From: Fimbriosthenelais zetlandica | Taxonomy: Eukaryota | Assembly (NCBI GenBank): GCA_977030845.1 | Contig: OZ365112.1 | Location: 21,266,001 to 21,330,000 of the forward strand | DNA: 64,000 nt | Direction: 5' to 3' | Shown here: positions 38,285-52,704 of the stretch, piece after piece | Layout of the letters: each line of letters opens with the position of its first letter | Numbering within the stretch: the stretch's first letter is position 1 | Notes under the pieces: generated by a model | Databases searched by the model: none | Told to the model about the DNA's origin: nothing | What the model saw: only the letters and a program-made list of their open reading frames with translations | Made by a program: the position numbers and the translations under genes

Positions 38285-38865
38285 TAACGTACATACATGG
38301 GCTGGCATCAAAGGGTTGACATCACAAAAAAAACAATTTGCCATAGATGTCAATCCCTATCAGAAAACCCATAAATCAAGAGAGCTAAGCTTGTAGAAAG
38401 TTTAGAAAGCAAAGATTAAAGGAAATTGAATCAGAAATGCCTTCATTCACGCAGATAAGTGTTATTAAATGTGAAGGTCCAGTGCCGAGGCATTTTAGGC
38501 GAAGTATGCATAGAAGGCATTGAATGTTGTCTGAGGAAACATTACTGGGTTTTTTTTTACAACTCCTACATTTTCCTTTTTTTTTCTATACATATCGGAC
38601 AGTTGACAGGCGACTCAAATAAAGGTTTCCTTTAAGGTACTCGACAGCTCTAAAAAGTGACTGATGGGTGAAATGTTAACAAATGGGATGTCAAAAAAGT
38701 TAGATGAGGGGCATGTATTTACAAGGATTCAAGTGATAGGCAAGTCAAATTTGATTTCTCTATTTCAATTCACGGCATAGTCACGTTTGCTCTCATAGGT
38801 CAGCAAAAACAAAAGGAACAGAAATAGTACTCTACATCGTCATTTTTCTGTTGTGGACCGATAAT

Positions 38866-39117
38866 ATTAACATTCATATAGCTGTTTCATATTGTCAGTT
38901 AATTCCGACTGGAACTAGAATTCTACTCAAAGAGATAGATATAATACTGACAGATGATAACTGGGACTGAGCCTATCAAGGAATTCATGGTGAAAAGGTC
39001 TACAACTTGGCCAGAATACCTTTTGATCCAAATCAGGCATTTTCTCTGGGTTGAATTAGTTGTATGACGGATCAGATTCATTACAGGCTTTATTTATGTT
39101 CAAGAGATAAAAAAAAA
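38866..39117. repeat. 252-bp segment, copy 2, A-run ended, flanked by direct repeats
   Basis: Flanked by identical 34-mer GGTCAGC...GTACT at 38798-38831 and 39118-39151, and ACCGATAATAT at 38857-38867 and 39154-39164. Confidence 0.9.
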
Positions 39118-42100
39118 GGTCAGCAAAAACAAAAGGAACAGAAATAGTACTTTACCGATAATATAGCCTGTAATGAATCTACAATGACTGCGATGGCGAC
39201 GAAATATATGAGTACTCCATATGATTTTACTATAGCTAATAGGGTCAAAACGAAAATTCCTTTTTTTAGTTTTTGTTAGTGATAATTAGTTACTTATTTT
39301 ATCTGTATAGAATCATTTGAGACTGCCATGGCAACAGTTAGATTTATAAAGCAACCACTTAGCAGCTAGTCTATTGAATATCATGGAAAATAGTTAAATA
39401 CAGTACTAGGGTCATGCTCATAGCTTGTATGCTTACAGAGTTCGAACTTACTGAAGCATGAAAGTTTAAAAGATCATGATACTGTTGGGGATAATATATG
39501 AAATCCTGATTATGTAGACGACCATCCTTCAGGCGTATCACAGGTATTAGAGTTCAAATAGTGTCAGTAGCGTTGACCTTTAACCCCATGGAATTTGCCC
39601 GGTGGACTTTCTTCCATCAAAGTTCCACTATCTTTGCTTCCATTATGACCCTTAAAATTATAAATGTGAGCACCTTCACACCTTACCATATGCTCAATAC
39701 ATCGAGGCAGGCGAAGGTCCACAGAGACACACTTATACACAATTCATAACGTTATACTCCGTGAACGTAATTTGACACTTTAACTACTATTGTATTGGTT
39801 TAAAAAATATAGGCCTGGCCCTGGTTCCTCAAATAGTTTCTACCCCTGAACTCTGACTACATTCTCTAGCTCTATTTATTTCTCTGGTATGGTGAAGAGA
39901 CAGTGCTCCCCCCTACTGAGGTTTCTGTGAAACAAGACTTAAGCCCACTACAGTAAGTTGAAGTGTGTTCATGTCTAACAGTTCCCAACATAGATATACC
40001 ATAAGGCTTTTTAAACGCTCACTTTTCTATATATTTCCACGATTTTTGTAAGAAAGTAACTGGAGCTGCTCTTTTTCATATTTCTAATTGCATCTGAATG
40101 GTTGTATACATCGGAGATGTTGAGTTTTAGCTATTTAATATACCAATGTGAATACACATTATTACTTCAATAGAAGATATGACACTGCAAGCTTAAAATT
40201 GAATTAAATTGTCTAATTTGTGATAATTATTTCATTATCTCTGAAGGTCACATATCATAAATTTCAGGTTCAAGGGCCTATCACTTTCCTCCCCAGCACA
40301 ATTGTCAATACTTCACCAAAACTCTCTGGAACTTATCCAATTATGTACATTGTAACTTTCCGTGTCATTCTTTCCTAACAAGGGTCATTACCCTCGACAA
40401 ATTACCAGTTATGTGTAGAGTACCGTACATGTACCAGGGTTCTACATTAATTTATTAAGTTATGAAACTTACACGCGAGGCAGTTCTACAATATGATATG
40501 TAGGATTCACAGGCAGTAATCCGTGGCTATAAGTGTAAGAGAGGGAATAAATTCCATGCAGAACTATTATAAGTAGTATGACCTTTTTCACATGCATGTA
40601 TTCATCAAAACATAATTGTAATCCATTATATGGCCCAGCATCTGGCATCAGAATGACAGGTGAGGTAGGCCCCTACGTTTTATGACAGGAAACTTATGAC
40701 AGGAGATTTACTGGATTTCTTTGGTTCATAATTATATCAGTATTTTAATCTTGTATCATTGTATTCATGAAATTCAATTATCAATTTTAAGATACGGTCG
40801 GAAGAATTAGAAAAGGAGCAAAGCCCATCGTAAAGTGAAACGTCGAAAGACAATATTGACCCCCTCCCATGTTTTGCGCAGAATTGTGACAGTGACATTT
40901 TTTGTGGGAGAGGGATACATCATGTGAAAGAGATTGTACTCCCTGCCTTTATATGTGCATTATGTAAGCGAATATGAGAAAAAATATTCGTGGTAGCTGG
41001 GTTGTGTACATAGATATGTTTGAATTGGAGACACTGGGGCTTCAGTCTCCAATGCCTAGGTCTAGCCTTCCTATACTCACTCCACCCCATTCCATTACTC
41101 TTCGTGGCCCATATGCTATATTATGTCTGCCTCACACCATTCACCATCTACGGGCACCTATAGCATCAAATTATGGCATGGTTTCTATTGGAATCTGACC
41201 ATCTGGTCATTAATCTGAAATTTGTTTCTCATCAAATTGCTTCAAATATATGCGACTTGCTGGCGCACCATAATGCATCTCCCAATGGGTATAAATAGCC
41301 TAGGTCACCAGACGTTGGAAATTGACATATGTTTGATGTCCTTGAACTCTTTATTTTTTCTTAATTTTTATCTTCGAATAAAACTGTCACATACACACTG
41401 AAGGCTGAGGTGGGAAAGCCTTTTGGGGATCAAATAAGATGCTCCCCAGGCCTTCTAACTCCCAGTTATTTAGGACATTTACTGAGAAAAAAAAGAAACA
41501 AAGAAATTCAATTCCTCCAATTTGACAACGCTATCCTACTCGAAGCTTGAGCAGCGGTGAAGAAAACATGTGCACTGCACTCATCCTTAGCTAAATATTC
41601 CCCTCTGACGTGTAATGTTTCGACAGGAATTCGAAAACGAGACGTGTCAAAAAGACACTGTCTGGTTCTGCAGCAACAGAACTGGGGAACGGGGTTGGGA
41701 GGGTGTCGGATTGGTGAAGGTGTTCCCAAAGTGTATAGTATACCTGCAAATGTGGGCCAGGAATTCCTTTTACAATTGAAATTTGATGAATAATTGAGCA
41801 CCAACATTGAGAAACAAGTGAGAAATTTAAAATGAAAGTATGAATAACTGTTGGCATAATAGGGTTAATAAATGATTTTACATTTTTACAAGAAATTGAT
41901 AATTATTTTAAAATCTATTTATATCAGATATATTCCTCATACATGCAGATTATACTGCAGTAAAATATCCCTTTATATCATTAGATTTTAATGGTTTCCA
42001 AATTTTGTCTCCATATGTTAAATATTTCAATATTCAATTGTATAGATATGATCTAAGTGTCTGCTGAAGATTAATCACTTGAAAGAAACGGAGCATGTGT

Positions 42101-45100
42101 GCATACGTCAAAGTAAAATGTATAAAAAGAGTTTCAAAGGAGACATATGATCATGAAGCATCAGAAGTTGTATTTTTTTCCTTTTCTCCCTGCTCTAAGG
42201 TAGCCCATCTTGAATCCCTTGAGAGCTGGAGATTTGACAACAGGTGATTGCAATTATGCCTGCTGTTTTGAATTGTTACTGTTAGTTCTCCGGTTATGGT
42301 AATGTAACTTCTGATTTGAAGACGTAAGCCCTTAATTGTGAGACTGCAGCCTAGATGGTCCCTTATTGTGGTCACATTGGGAATTCAATGGGGTTTCCAG
42401 GTTCAAATATTGCTATTTCCACTTTAATTCTTCACCTATTGTATGGACCAATAAAAGCAAATTTATAGCAATAATTTCATCAACCGCATTTAATTTCAAA
42501 ACTACGTTTGAATGAGGGTTTAAAACTTAAATTTTCATTACATGTATAGTTTTTACTCCTTTTTGGACACCATGACATGGTTGATTGACCTTTGGGGAAG
42601 TATTTCACTTCTCAACTGACGGGTGAGAGGAAAGGTATTTCTGGCTTTATAGAAAGGAACAGCCGCGAGTGTACCGTACACTATACGTACACTAGTTATA
42701 TGCCAGCTATTTTGCATTGCTCTAACTTGATGGTCATTAACCCCCGATCTTCTAAACTGGAAAATCTGAGGTTTGGATGCTTAAGGTTCACCACAGCGTC
42801 TACAGAATGTCTACAGGAGTATGGTTTGACCCAATAATGTTAAGGGATATATGTCCTGCTTTTATATTCATTTGCAGGTGAATCAAACCGGTTGGATACA
42901 TTCTCATTGCTCTGTCGGTCTTTTTTGCACCTACTGAACTTGTTTCGGATTTGTGTAAAGAAAGCATTTGCCTCCGATTCCATTGGATTCTTGGAATGGA
43001 TGATTGAGAAAGCAGAAAAGACACGAAGCGAATAACTCAACCAATAACTGACCGTCCTTTACACGCACCCACCATAAAGTACAGGTTTTTACAGATTCAA
43101 TCACACCTAATACCATAGACAGGGTCCTCACTATTCGAGTATTGCAAGAACCTTTTAAATTTGAGCATGTATAAGAATCATGCCATTTCCAAGGCTAATT
43201 AGGGCAAGGATTTTTGTGACAAGAAATAAAGTCCATCTTGATTCAATTTAAGTCGGTCCACAAGAGAACTCTGTGGCCATGATGCTATAATAATGCGCAA
43301 ATGTATAAAAAGAATAACTGGGATGAGCAAATTAATAGTTACAAAACTATTGCCAACCGTGTAGTTTAGAAATTGCATCCCAAGGGCAATACAATACTGG
43401 GCCCTATTGATGATTGATTTATGGAAGGTGAGTGAATACTTGTTTTGATGTTACCCCGGCAATAGATAACTATCTGGGTCGGTCATAAATACCTCATACA
43501 TTTCATGACTAGATTATTAGTATTCATCAGGAATGCATGAAAGAATCAAAGGAGCTAGGGTAACTTAAGACAGTCAATGCATGGTTCTTTGGCCAAAATT
43601 TCTGATGATCGGTGGGTAGATTTTACAAACCGGTTGGGTGGTGGGAGATGGCCGTTTAAATGGAATATTTAAGAACTGATTTGAGGGTTAATTTCACTGA
43701 TCCATGACTGTCTGTTGACCTATTGAACTCCACGTGAGGATAGCTGCTATGTATCCTGCATCAGTGCGCGGCTGACCTCCCCGAGGTGAATGGAGAATGT
43801 TCATGTATAGATAAGGGACAGTTTTCACCATCAGCTGATACCGTGGTTATCAAGAAAAACACAATCTTTTTCTGAAGTAGTCGTATACCTTTCTTCCTGC
43901 AGAAACAAAATCCAGATTCATTGCAATAGTATCATTATATAATGTTGGAACCTGAATACCTGGCGGTATAATATCCAGGGAGCCCTTGCACCATATGACT
44001 GATTAGTTGACAGTTTGTAAGTTTTTACTGAGGTTACTTGTTTCGTAACTGGGCAAATGTGTTAATGTGGCTCTAGGATATGGTTGAATATGTTTCCTTA
44101 AAATTAGTTATATACATGCCCTATATCATACCCTGGGAAATGTGGGGTGATCGACCAGGGCAGAGGTCTGCATTGTAAGTGGGATGGGGGCAGGGGGCAG
44201 GGGGCAGGTGTTAAATTTCAGGTGTTAAAGACCACCAGCAGTAGCTGTAAATATAAAGGTCTACACCACGGGAACCTAAACTTTTAATTTCTATCTGGAT
44301 GATTTTCTACATGCATAATACTAGAACAAATTACCTTCTTTCTACTATTTGGGCTCACTTTTGAATTCCATTACTTTTCTAATTTTCAGATAACTTATTA
44401 TGTATACAAGAATGGGGTTTGGGTTTCTAGAGCACCTGAAAAGGATCAGATTTCACTAGATTCTACTTTAATAACCTGTTATTCAGTATATCGTCCTAAC
44501 AAGTGCATAGTATACATGAGTGGAAGATCAATGCCCACGAATACGTGGGTGCAATTTGCGAACAGACTGCTTTGAAAACGCGCATTGTGAATCACAGTGC
44601 ATTATGTTTTACCATGTGTGAAAAAGGTTATAATCATAAAACATTATACAGGTGCGAATAAGAAAAACGGTCGATATGGTCCCATAGGCAAATCATCCAC
44701 TTTCTGTACTAACCCACGCATGTAGATAGATACGATTTTTGAAGCAAAATTTGGACTATCGCAAGCTTGCATTTCCGCCTGGACCAACTAGCACTGGATC
44801 CGACCGTTAATTAATGCCCATCTAACTCTGACAATGCGGAAATGTGTATTAAAAAATTAATATATAAGAATAGGACAGGGATCATGCAGTTCTATTGGCA
44901 GGAACTACATACACGGATATTGCGGACAGTTGTAGGCCAACATTTCCTTCCTTATAAAGACGGTACACCTTAGAAACTTTGGATGATATAGGTATCCTTC
45001 TACCTTGAATAAATTTGGATGGCCTTAACATAATTATCTGATACCACTAAGGTCACGATTACTTAATTTGTAACAATCAAATACCGTTGAATCTCTGTAA

Positions 45101-47499
45101 GGGAAGAGAGTGTCATAAATTTAGCCTTGGAAACGTTCAACAACATCTATAGCCGCAGTCGCTCAGGGATTCAATGTATAATGTATGGTAATGCTGTTTT
45201 GTCCTATTCATTAGACAAGCTTTAGCACCTTTATGGTTCGTCTCAGGAGAAAAATATCACTTTCACGGTGAAGGATCAAGTTGAAACCCGGCCAGACCTG
45301 ACTTCTGGACCACAACAGGTCCTTACAGACAGCCCTGATGGGATGACTGTGAGGGAAGGATATCCATTAGCTGGATACACCTCGATTCATAGGGTTACAC
45401 AAGTCAGGGATAAATATAACCGTATTCCTCTGAGATTTGCATCTATATTTCAGTGACCGCACCAAACAAACACAATAATTTGACGAGTGCAGTGCCAGGC
45501 ATGCATGTAATATATAGTAGTTAACCCACATTTCTCTCCCAAAAAGTGTTGGTGCTTAATCATGATATGCAGCAGTATTTTGACAGCATGTCAAAACATG
45601 GGAATTACTTTATAATAACATAAGGAGATATTTGGGAAAGTGTCTACATGGTATTAAGGTATACCTGCATACTTCTACAAACCTATGAGCAATATCTGCA
45701 ATTTAATTATACCTTTCTCACTACCCTGAATTTCATCTGGGCTCACGCTACATTAAGTATAGATCTAAATCATTCCAACAAAAGAACCACCTGCTAACTG
45801 GAGTAATCCATCTTAGACAAGTCTGCACGATATCCAAATATCTTCAGGGCGAGTTCATTTTAGTAACAAGAAAATGAAGGATGTTATGTTCATTAATATG
45901 ATCTTCACGAAAGGCAAATGTGAATTTTCCTTCATTATATATATAGGCTTAGATAGAATCAGTATTTGGCCCTTTAAAGGAGTACCAATTTTCATTTGTT
46001 TTAAAGAAATGTCGAGGAGACCAAGCCACTCGAGACAATTACAAGTCCATTAAAATTCGTTTCTGGGTAGATGCTAAGTTAGATCTTTCCTGATTAGTAA
46101 CTGAATCACCCTAAATCAAATGTATTAGGGTGGTTTTAAAGGGTGATTTAATTGTTGGCATTGACATTCATGAAGAGCGTGAAAAATGGGTTCGCCGGTT
46201 ACTTGCTATAGATATTTCTTGATTGCCATCTATCCCTCTAGAAACATTTCTGTCAAGGATGAGCTATCTAATTTTTCTTCTTCTGTGATGGGGTAGGGTC
46301 AAAGAAATGGAGTGAAGAATGGGGTGTCATGGATATGCCTACATGAGGGGTGCATACACAGGTATATATACACTAGCATATACATGGATGCTTCCGAAAG
46401 GCATCTATATATAATTATGTAGTTGTATTTATATAGAAATACTTATATTTATGTATCATAATATCCAATTCTAAGATTTAGAGAAGTCAGTCAGGGTCGT
46501 AAAATCGCAACAGATTGTATATGGGCATGAAAGAGCAGGGTATGAACATGACGTTGTCAAGGCTGAGGCTTTCCTCTATTGATCTCTGTGTAAGCACGGT
46601 TGGTTTATACGAATGACATTGACATGAAATAATGCACTGTCTGGCGCCTTACGTCACTGGTATCAGGCTCCAGCATCACCAAAACCACTGACTTCTTCTA
46701 TGGCTGAAATGGCTTTAGAAAAGTTCGTCTTTTTATGGATGAAAGGCCCTAGTAGGCAGACAGAAACTTTTTAAAAATCTCATGTACTTCCGGAGAATAT
46801 TTCCTGGTATTCACGAATGCTGAGCTATCAGAATGGTATTGATAAATGAGAACACCATAATATATATTTTTTTAATTTTAAATGTGATAAGCCATAAGAG
46901 CCTAAAATGCATACATGTGAACAAATTATATGTCATCCCTGGCCTGCAGGACATAGCATGGGTGGAGAAATAAAGACATTCCTGTTAAATCACAGTTTGT
47001 GCATCTGCACTACTTATTTTCCCTTTAGGAAGAATGGTGTTCATTGTCCACGGTCAGTTAGATCTCAACACTGTGCATTTTAATCCACCTTAGGGTTTGT
47101 TTATGCATTCTTCAGTAGAGGAGGCGCGAAGCTTCAATATTTGCACCTATCATCAAATAGGTCTCGTCCTTACCGGTAATTATGCACTACACATGAGCAG
47201 AATATCTGGCGGCCGATTATCACCTCTTGCCGTGGCCGGTTATTGTTTTTCCATGCCCCATTTTTTTCAGATTTTAGAATAAGAATAAATTATCATAGGA
47301 TATGCTACCTAATAAGGGCATAGATAGTTCTCAAATATTCTGATATGGGAAAAATCCATTAGCAATTCAAAAAGTCAGCAGTGGACTCAAGGCAGAGCGA
47401 AGTAGATATATCTTGAAATGGGAGAATTTGAAAGAGTAGTGTGGGACTGAGGAAGAGAAAGAAGGAGATAGTTGTCGATTACAGAGGCGGATTATAGAA

Positions 47500-47947
47500 G
47501 AAGAGAGGGAAGAGATAGCTGTAGAAAGGGGCGAATTAGCATGGATGACGAGGGAGAGAGACACCATAGAAATGTGCGAATTTTGAGGGTAGAAAAGGGC
47601 GAATTAGCATGGAGCGTGAGGGAAAGGTGCGAATTAGCATAGAGGGTAGAAAGAGGCTGAGGAAGGGAGATAGCTGTAGAGCTGGTCGAAATAGCGAGGA
47701 GGGGAGGTAGAGAGATAACTGTAGAAAGGTGCGAATAACCATGGAGGTTAGAAAGCGAAGTAGCATGGGGGTTGAGGAAGGGAGATAGCTGTAGAAGGGC
47801 CGAATTCACATGGGGGATTAGGAAGGGAGATGTAGAAAGGGGCGAATTAGCATGGGGGTGAGGAGGGGATATCGCTGTAGAAAGGGGCAAATTAGCATGG
47901 GGTTGAGGAAGGGAGATAGCCGTTAAAAAGGGCGAATTAGCATGGAT
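47500..47947. repeat. Degenerate purine-rich minisatellite (about 45-bp unit, core GTAGAAAGGGGCGAATTAGCATGG)
   Basis: About 9-10 diverged copies of GAGATAGCTGTAGAAAGGGGCGAATTAGCATGGGGTTGAGGAAGG or parts of it. Confidence 0.85.
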
Positions 47948-50900
47948 TGTGAGGGATGGAGATTCAATTTTGTGGCTTGGGCTATAAGGGGTGCTTTTTC
48001 AGTAGCAGAACTGTCTATAGAGACATGACGGCATTTTGTACATATAGGGGTCCGCTTGTATATTTCCTTTTTGAGACGGAATGGCCTTAAGTAATGTGTC
48101 TGACAGGTCATCGAAAAGGGACAAAATGAGTGACACACAACTTATTCTCAACTGACACATCTATGTGCCTCCTTCGAATGAATTGGGTCAGTACTGTATC
48201 CAGAGAAAACCCATTCTTGGTGAATATCAACCCTCAAACCCTGAACCACCCTCCCAACTAACCCCGTTGTAAACTGAGTCACCCAGGTAATAGTCCATCA
48301 ACAACCAAAGGTGATAAATATAATAAATCTCGGGAACTATGTCTAGATTTTGACAGAATTCATTCATCAGGGGAAAAGTAAATAATTATTGTTTAAACCA
48401 TTCACTTTTGATTGAGATTTTGATGATATTCTATTACCGTTGTGGGTCCATTTTGTCATTTGTAGATACTTTTATTTGAAGAGCTCTGAGGGAGAGGTTA
48501 TTACCACATTCCATGTACCTATTGCTGAACATCATGTTACTTTTTAAAGCTACGACAAAATCAAAATCAAAACTGGAAAGTTTCCAACCAGGGTTATAAT
48601 TTCCGTATAAATTATTTCTACATAAAAATTATGTGTACTACACTTTCATTTCAAAATATATAATGTTCATGAATGTATAACAGTATGTAACAAAACATAA
48701 TATATACCAGCAATACACCATTCAGCCAGTGAATGCTTGGCAAATACTCTCTTTATAATCCCTTTTCACACCAATCTTCATATTGTACATAGTCATGGCT
48801 GCTGCACCCAGTGGTGAACATCATGTTCAAGTCATTATATAATTTCATCCTTCCATGATTCCCTATATTCCATAGCCTTCTTCTGGTTCCCCAAGCTTAA
48901 ACTTATACATAATACTGCATAGGACATTTGGGAGCACACTGTTTTTGCCAAGGATTGGCAGTCAAACTCTCTTCATTATTTGTTCTTTATGAATGTTTTG
49001 AAAAAAAACTTGTCTGCAAAGAGTGTCCCAGGCGTAAAATTCCACCACAGACCAGACAGTGTTTATAATTCCATGCAGCTCATGATCGGCAAATTCAAGT
49101 AGATGCGAAATAGAAAAATCATACTGCAAGGATCTATATGGCTGCAGCTGATCCGAGGGTTGTCATTCTGTGTACTTGCTTTTTATTCCAGATGATTTTC
49201 ACTCTACTTGTATCTTATACTTGTATAATAGATTATAGAAGGAGTTCATACCTCATCTCTCGGGAATTAATCCACTAACATTGAGGAAAGAGGTGGAGTA
49301 GCTTCAACTACGAAAAAAATTTACTGAAGCAATCATGATATTATAGTGATTTAATATCTAAAACCGCATGATGTCGAGAACGTTGTTTACCACCCTATGG
49401 CTTATCCCACTAACATACTTTCTTCTTTCATATAAAGGAAAAAAGTGTCTTTGCTTACACACATGGATTAGAGAGGTAATATTTGAGGAGAACCCTTTCT
49501 GACATACATCATGGTATGCTCTAAGCTCGGTTGCTGCAAATAACACTGCTTACTCTTCATACCTTGGGTGTTTTTGCATTCAAAGGAAAACACTTTGGGA
49601 CTCTTTAATGTTGATGTCCAGCCCACCCTACCACATACAACCCGCAAACCGCCCTTCAGCTCAAATCCTTCCCATCAACGCACGGCCAAATTTAACATGA
49701 AGTACAATAAGTTCATCATGTAGGTTAATCCTATATATGATAACCCCATCTGCCATCCTCTCTTCATCCCTGCCCAATACCTATTCGAGCCACCGTTCCT
49801 CCTACTCAGCCATCATGCATACCATGGCTACATTATATAATAGTGAGATTTCTGTCCAAATTTCAGACATATTTCATGACGTACGTTAAATATATGGGCA
49901 AATCCTATCCTATCAAAATAGAACTGAGGTAAAGGTAAATGTGGAAATTGGAAAAGACAAAAAACGAGAATGTGTCAGAAAGACAAACCCTGACTGTATG
50001 GTTAACATGTTATACATATGTATTCACTCAGTGTTGCACAATGTTGACAAGGGTTTTAAATGTGAGACATTCTGTTTGATCCCCTCTTCTACTATTTAGA
50101 CAACCTCTTCACCTCTAGGTATGATACACTCACTCTTTCTCTCACTGGATGCTGGAAGGGCCTATCAGTCCCAAAGCAACATACTCAAGGTGTTAAAACG
50201 AGTAGCTTTTCTCACCTCTGCCCGAGACCTAAATGTTTCGTGTCTAAAAGTGGGTATAAACCCCAAATGTTAGGGAAACATTGTGTTGTTCATCGTTACA
50301 TTTTATAAACCTCTTTTAGATGACATATATCTGAATATAATGAATAATTTAACTAACTCTTTGGATATTTTTTAATGGAGACATGTATCTTCGTTTATAT
50401 ATAGATTCAAAGTTCGTGACAGGCGGAAACGAGTGATATTTTGAGATGGAGAGATTCTTTGAAACCTGTTTTCTACTCATGATTGGCATGATTCGTGATC
50501 CAAGTTCTTAAAACTCTGCATTGCCCTCTCTATTCTTTCTTTATTCTTCTATGTAGCCTATAGCCCCCCTCTCACTCTCTTCTATCTCCTTCCTTTCTGC
50601 CTTTCTTGTTTGCTATCTTCTATTCCTCGTCCAATTTCCTGTTTCCATGTATGAAACATGTATTAATATTGATGTTTATGGACTATACATCATAGTTTTA
50701 TAAAGGCAACGTGTAACAAAGCGTATACACGAGATTTACAAGAATTACCGCAACAAATATTTGTGTTTAATGATTTGGTGGATAGCCCTCATAGATAAAT
50801 CTGAAGTTAAACGAATCCCACTATCATATAATAATTATGCATATTTTCTCGGTCCTAACCACCCACCCACCTGCCCACCAGTCGTAAAATCCACCCCCTA

Positions 50901-52530
50901 ATGGTAGCACCTCATTCCATGCATAACAATTATAAATGAAACCATGCAAGTAATGAGATTGAAGCCACTTTTTATAATAAGAGATTGAAAAAGCAGAGGG
51001 AAACCTGTTTAGGGGAGTGATTCGTCCGTTAATCATACCTAGCCTGCCAAGTATATTTCAGGAGCGAGGTTACCTCCCATGGAAGTGACATTTTATGTAG
51101 GCCTATAGGGTAGAATTTCCAGCCCTGGGAGCAGTCTTCACATGTCAACCATATTCATCACGTGACACTGGGGAGGACTTAGAATAACTTCCTTAAAAGA
51201 ATCAAGTCGGATATTTTTATTGTGATTTATAACCTCACTTTTTTCCTTTTTTTCACATAATATTATAGTAGATCTGTGCATGCCTTGATAAGAATATGAA
51301 TGTTATAATTAAGCTTCTGGAATATATGCAGCCGTGCACTGTGGTGGGAGACTATATGACAAAGAGATCAGGTATTTCAAGTGAAATTAATACAGGAAAA
51401 ACTCAGCATCGATGTTAGAAGGTAAAAACGATACTCCAATCATGTTTATGATTTGCAAGTGATATCCTATACCTCCCTTTTTATGACTCAGGCCCCAAAA
51501 AAGGATTGAATGTTTAAAAACTATTTTTTCTGTCACCTTTGCGGTATAAATCTAACTAATATATGGTTCCAAAGACACCACCATATGCCTAAGGCGAGCT
51601 CGATTCGTTTTTCCTCAGAGATCAATGACGTAGACCACTTAAACAAACACCATCTGCGTATGGCTATGTGAACATAACATCCAATTGCCTGAACCAAGGA
51701 AAGAAACCCATTATATGATTCCATGCCTTTTTAAGGTTAATGCTAAACATAAAAGGCAATTAGTAGTGCAATACACGCATTGTTGAACATCTTTTATATT
51801 ACGGAATGTTCAACAGTATAGCCCTATGGCATCTATAGACATGTGTAAGAAGATGCAGCTTGGTTTCTTTATAGTGGGTGTAGAGGTAAAGATGGGTGAG
51901 CAAATTTTATGGTTTGCCTTACAAATATGTACAGGACTAGTGTTGCACCAGGAATCAGTGTAGATCAACTTGGCTTTTCAGTCTCCAATTCTATGGGGGT
52001 GGCGTCTGGGAGTGTTCCTGGCGATCAGAGAACATTTTGATAGAGAAAGGTATGTAAGAAGCAGTGGAATACGTGGGGGATCCAACAGCTGGAGGGACAG
52101 ACAAGGAAAAATAAATTCCACTATAATCCACTCGAGAAAGTTGGGGACGTGCTTAGAATAAATGGGATTAATGTCTCGGCCAGATATTTCCCAGAATAAA
52201 CAAGCATGATTATATAAGTGTGAGGCTGAGATGCAGAAGGACATGTAGGCAAGGAGGGTCGAAGAAGTGGATATTCCAAGCATCAGCTATAGGAGGAAGT
52301 TAAAAATGCAACACATATATCTGCAGAACCTGTGAATTATTTCTTATGAAGGACATGTAATTCAAAGATTCACAGGTCCTGGAATCCATTAAAATACATG
52401 TGCATAATTATAGTCTACATTATTTAAAAATAGAACATCATGTTCAGGAGTGGTAAACCACAGACCACAACCATGATGCCAAGAACCATAAAAACGTCTT
52501 TGCTGCCACTAGCTGGCGAAAATGTAATAA

Positions 52531-52704
52531 TGCATCCCCTCGCAAACCACAGAGTGAAGAAACATATCAATTAAAAAAAGACCTTTACATTTCCCATTCT
52601 CCCATACCACAGAGTGAAGAAATAGATCAGAAACTTCTACATTTCCCATTCTCCCAAACCGCAGCGTTATGAAACATATCTTAAAAACAGACTTCTACAT
52701 TTCC
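52531..52704. repeat. Tandem repeat, about 55-60-bp unit x3
   Basis: Recurrent ACCACAGAGTGAAGAAA...CTTCTACATTTCCCATTCTCCC. Confidence 0.8.

Noticed and set aside
38095-38530. Protein-like minus-strand fragments overlapping the duplicated 250-mer
   Set aside because: Multiple stops and frameshifts, no identifiable family; cannot be called a pseudogene.
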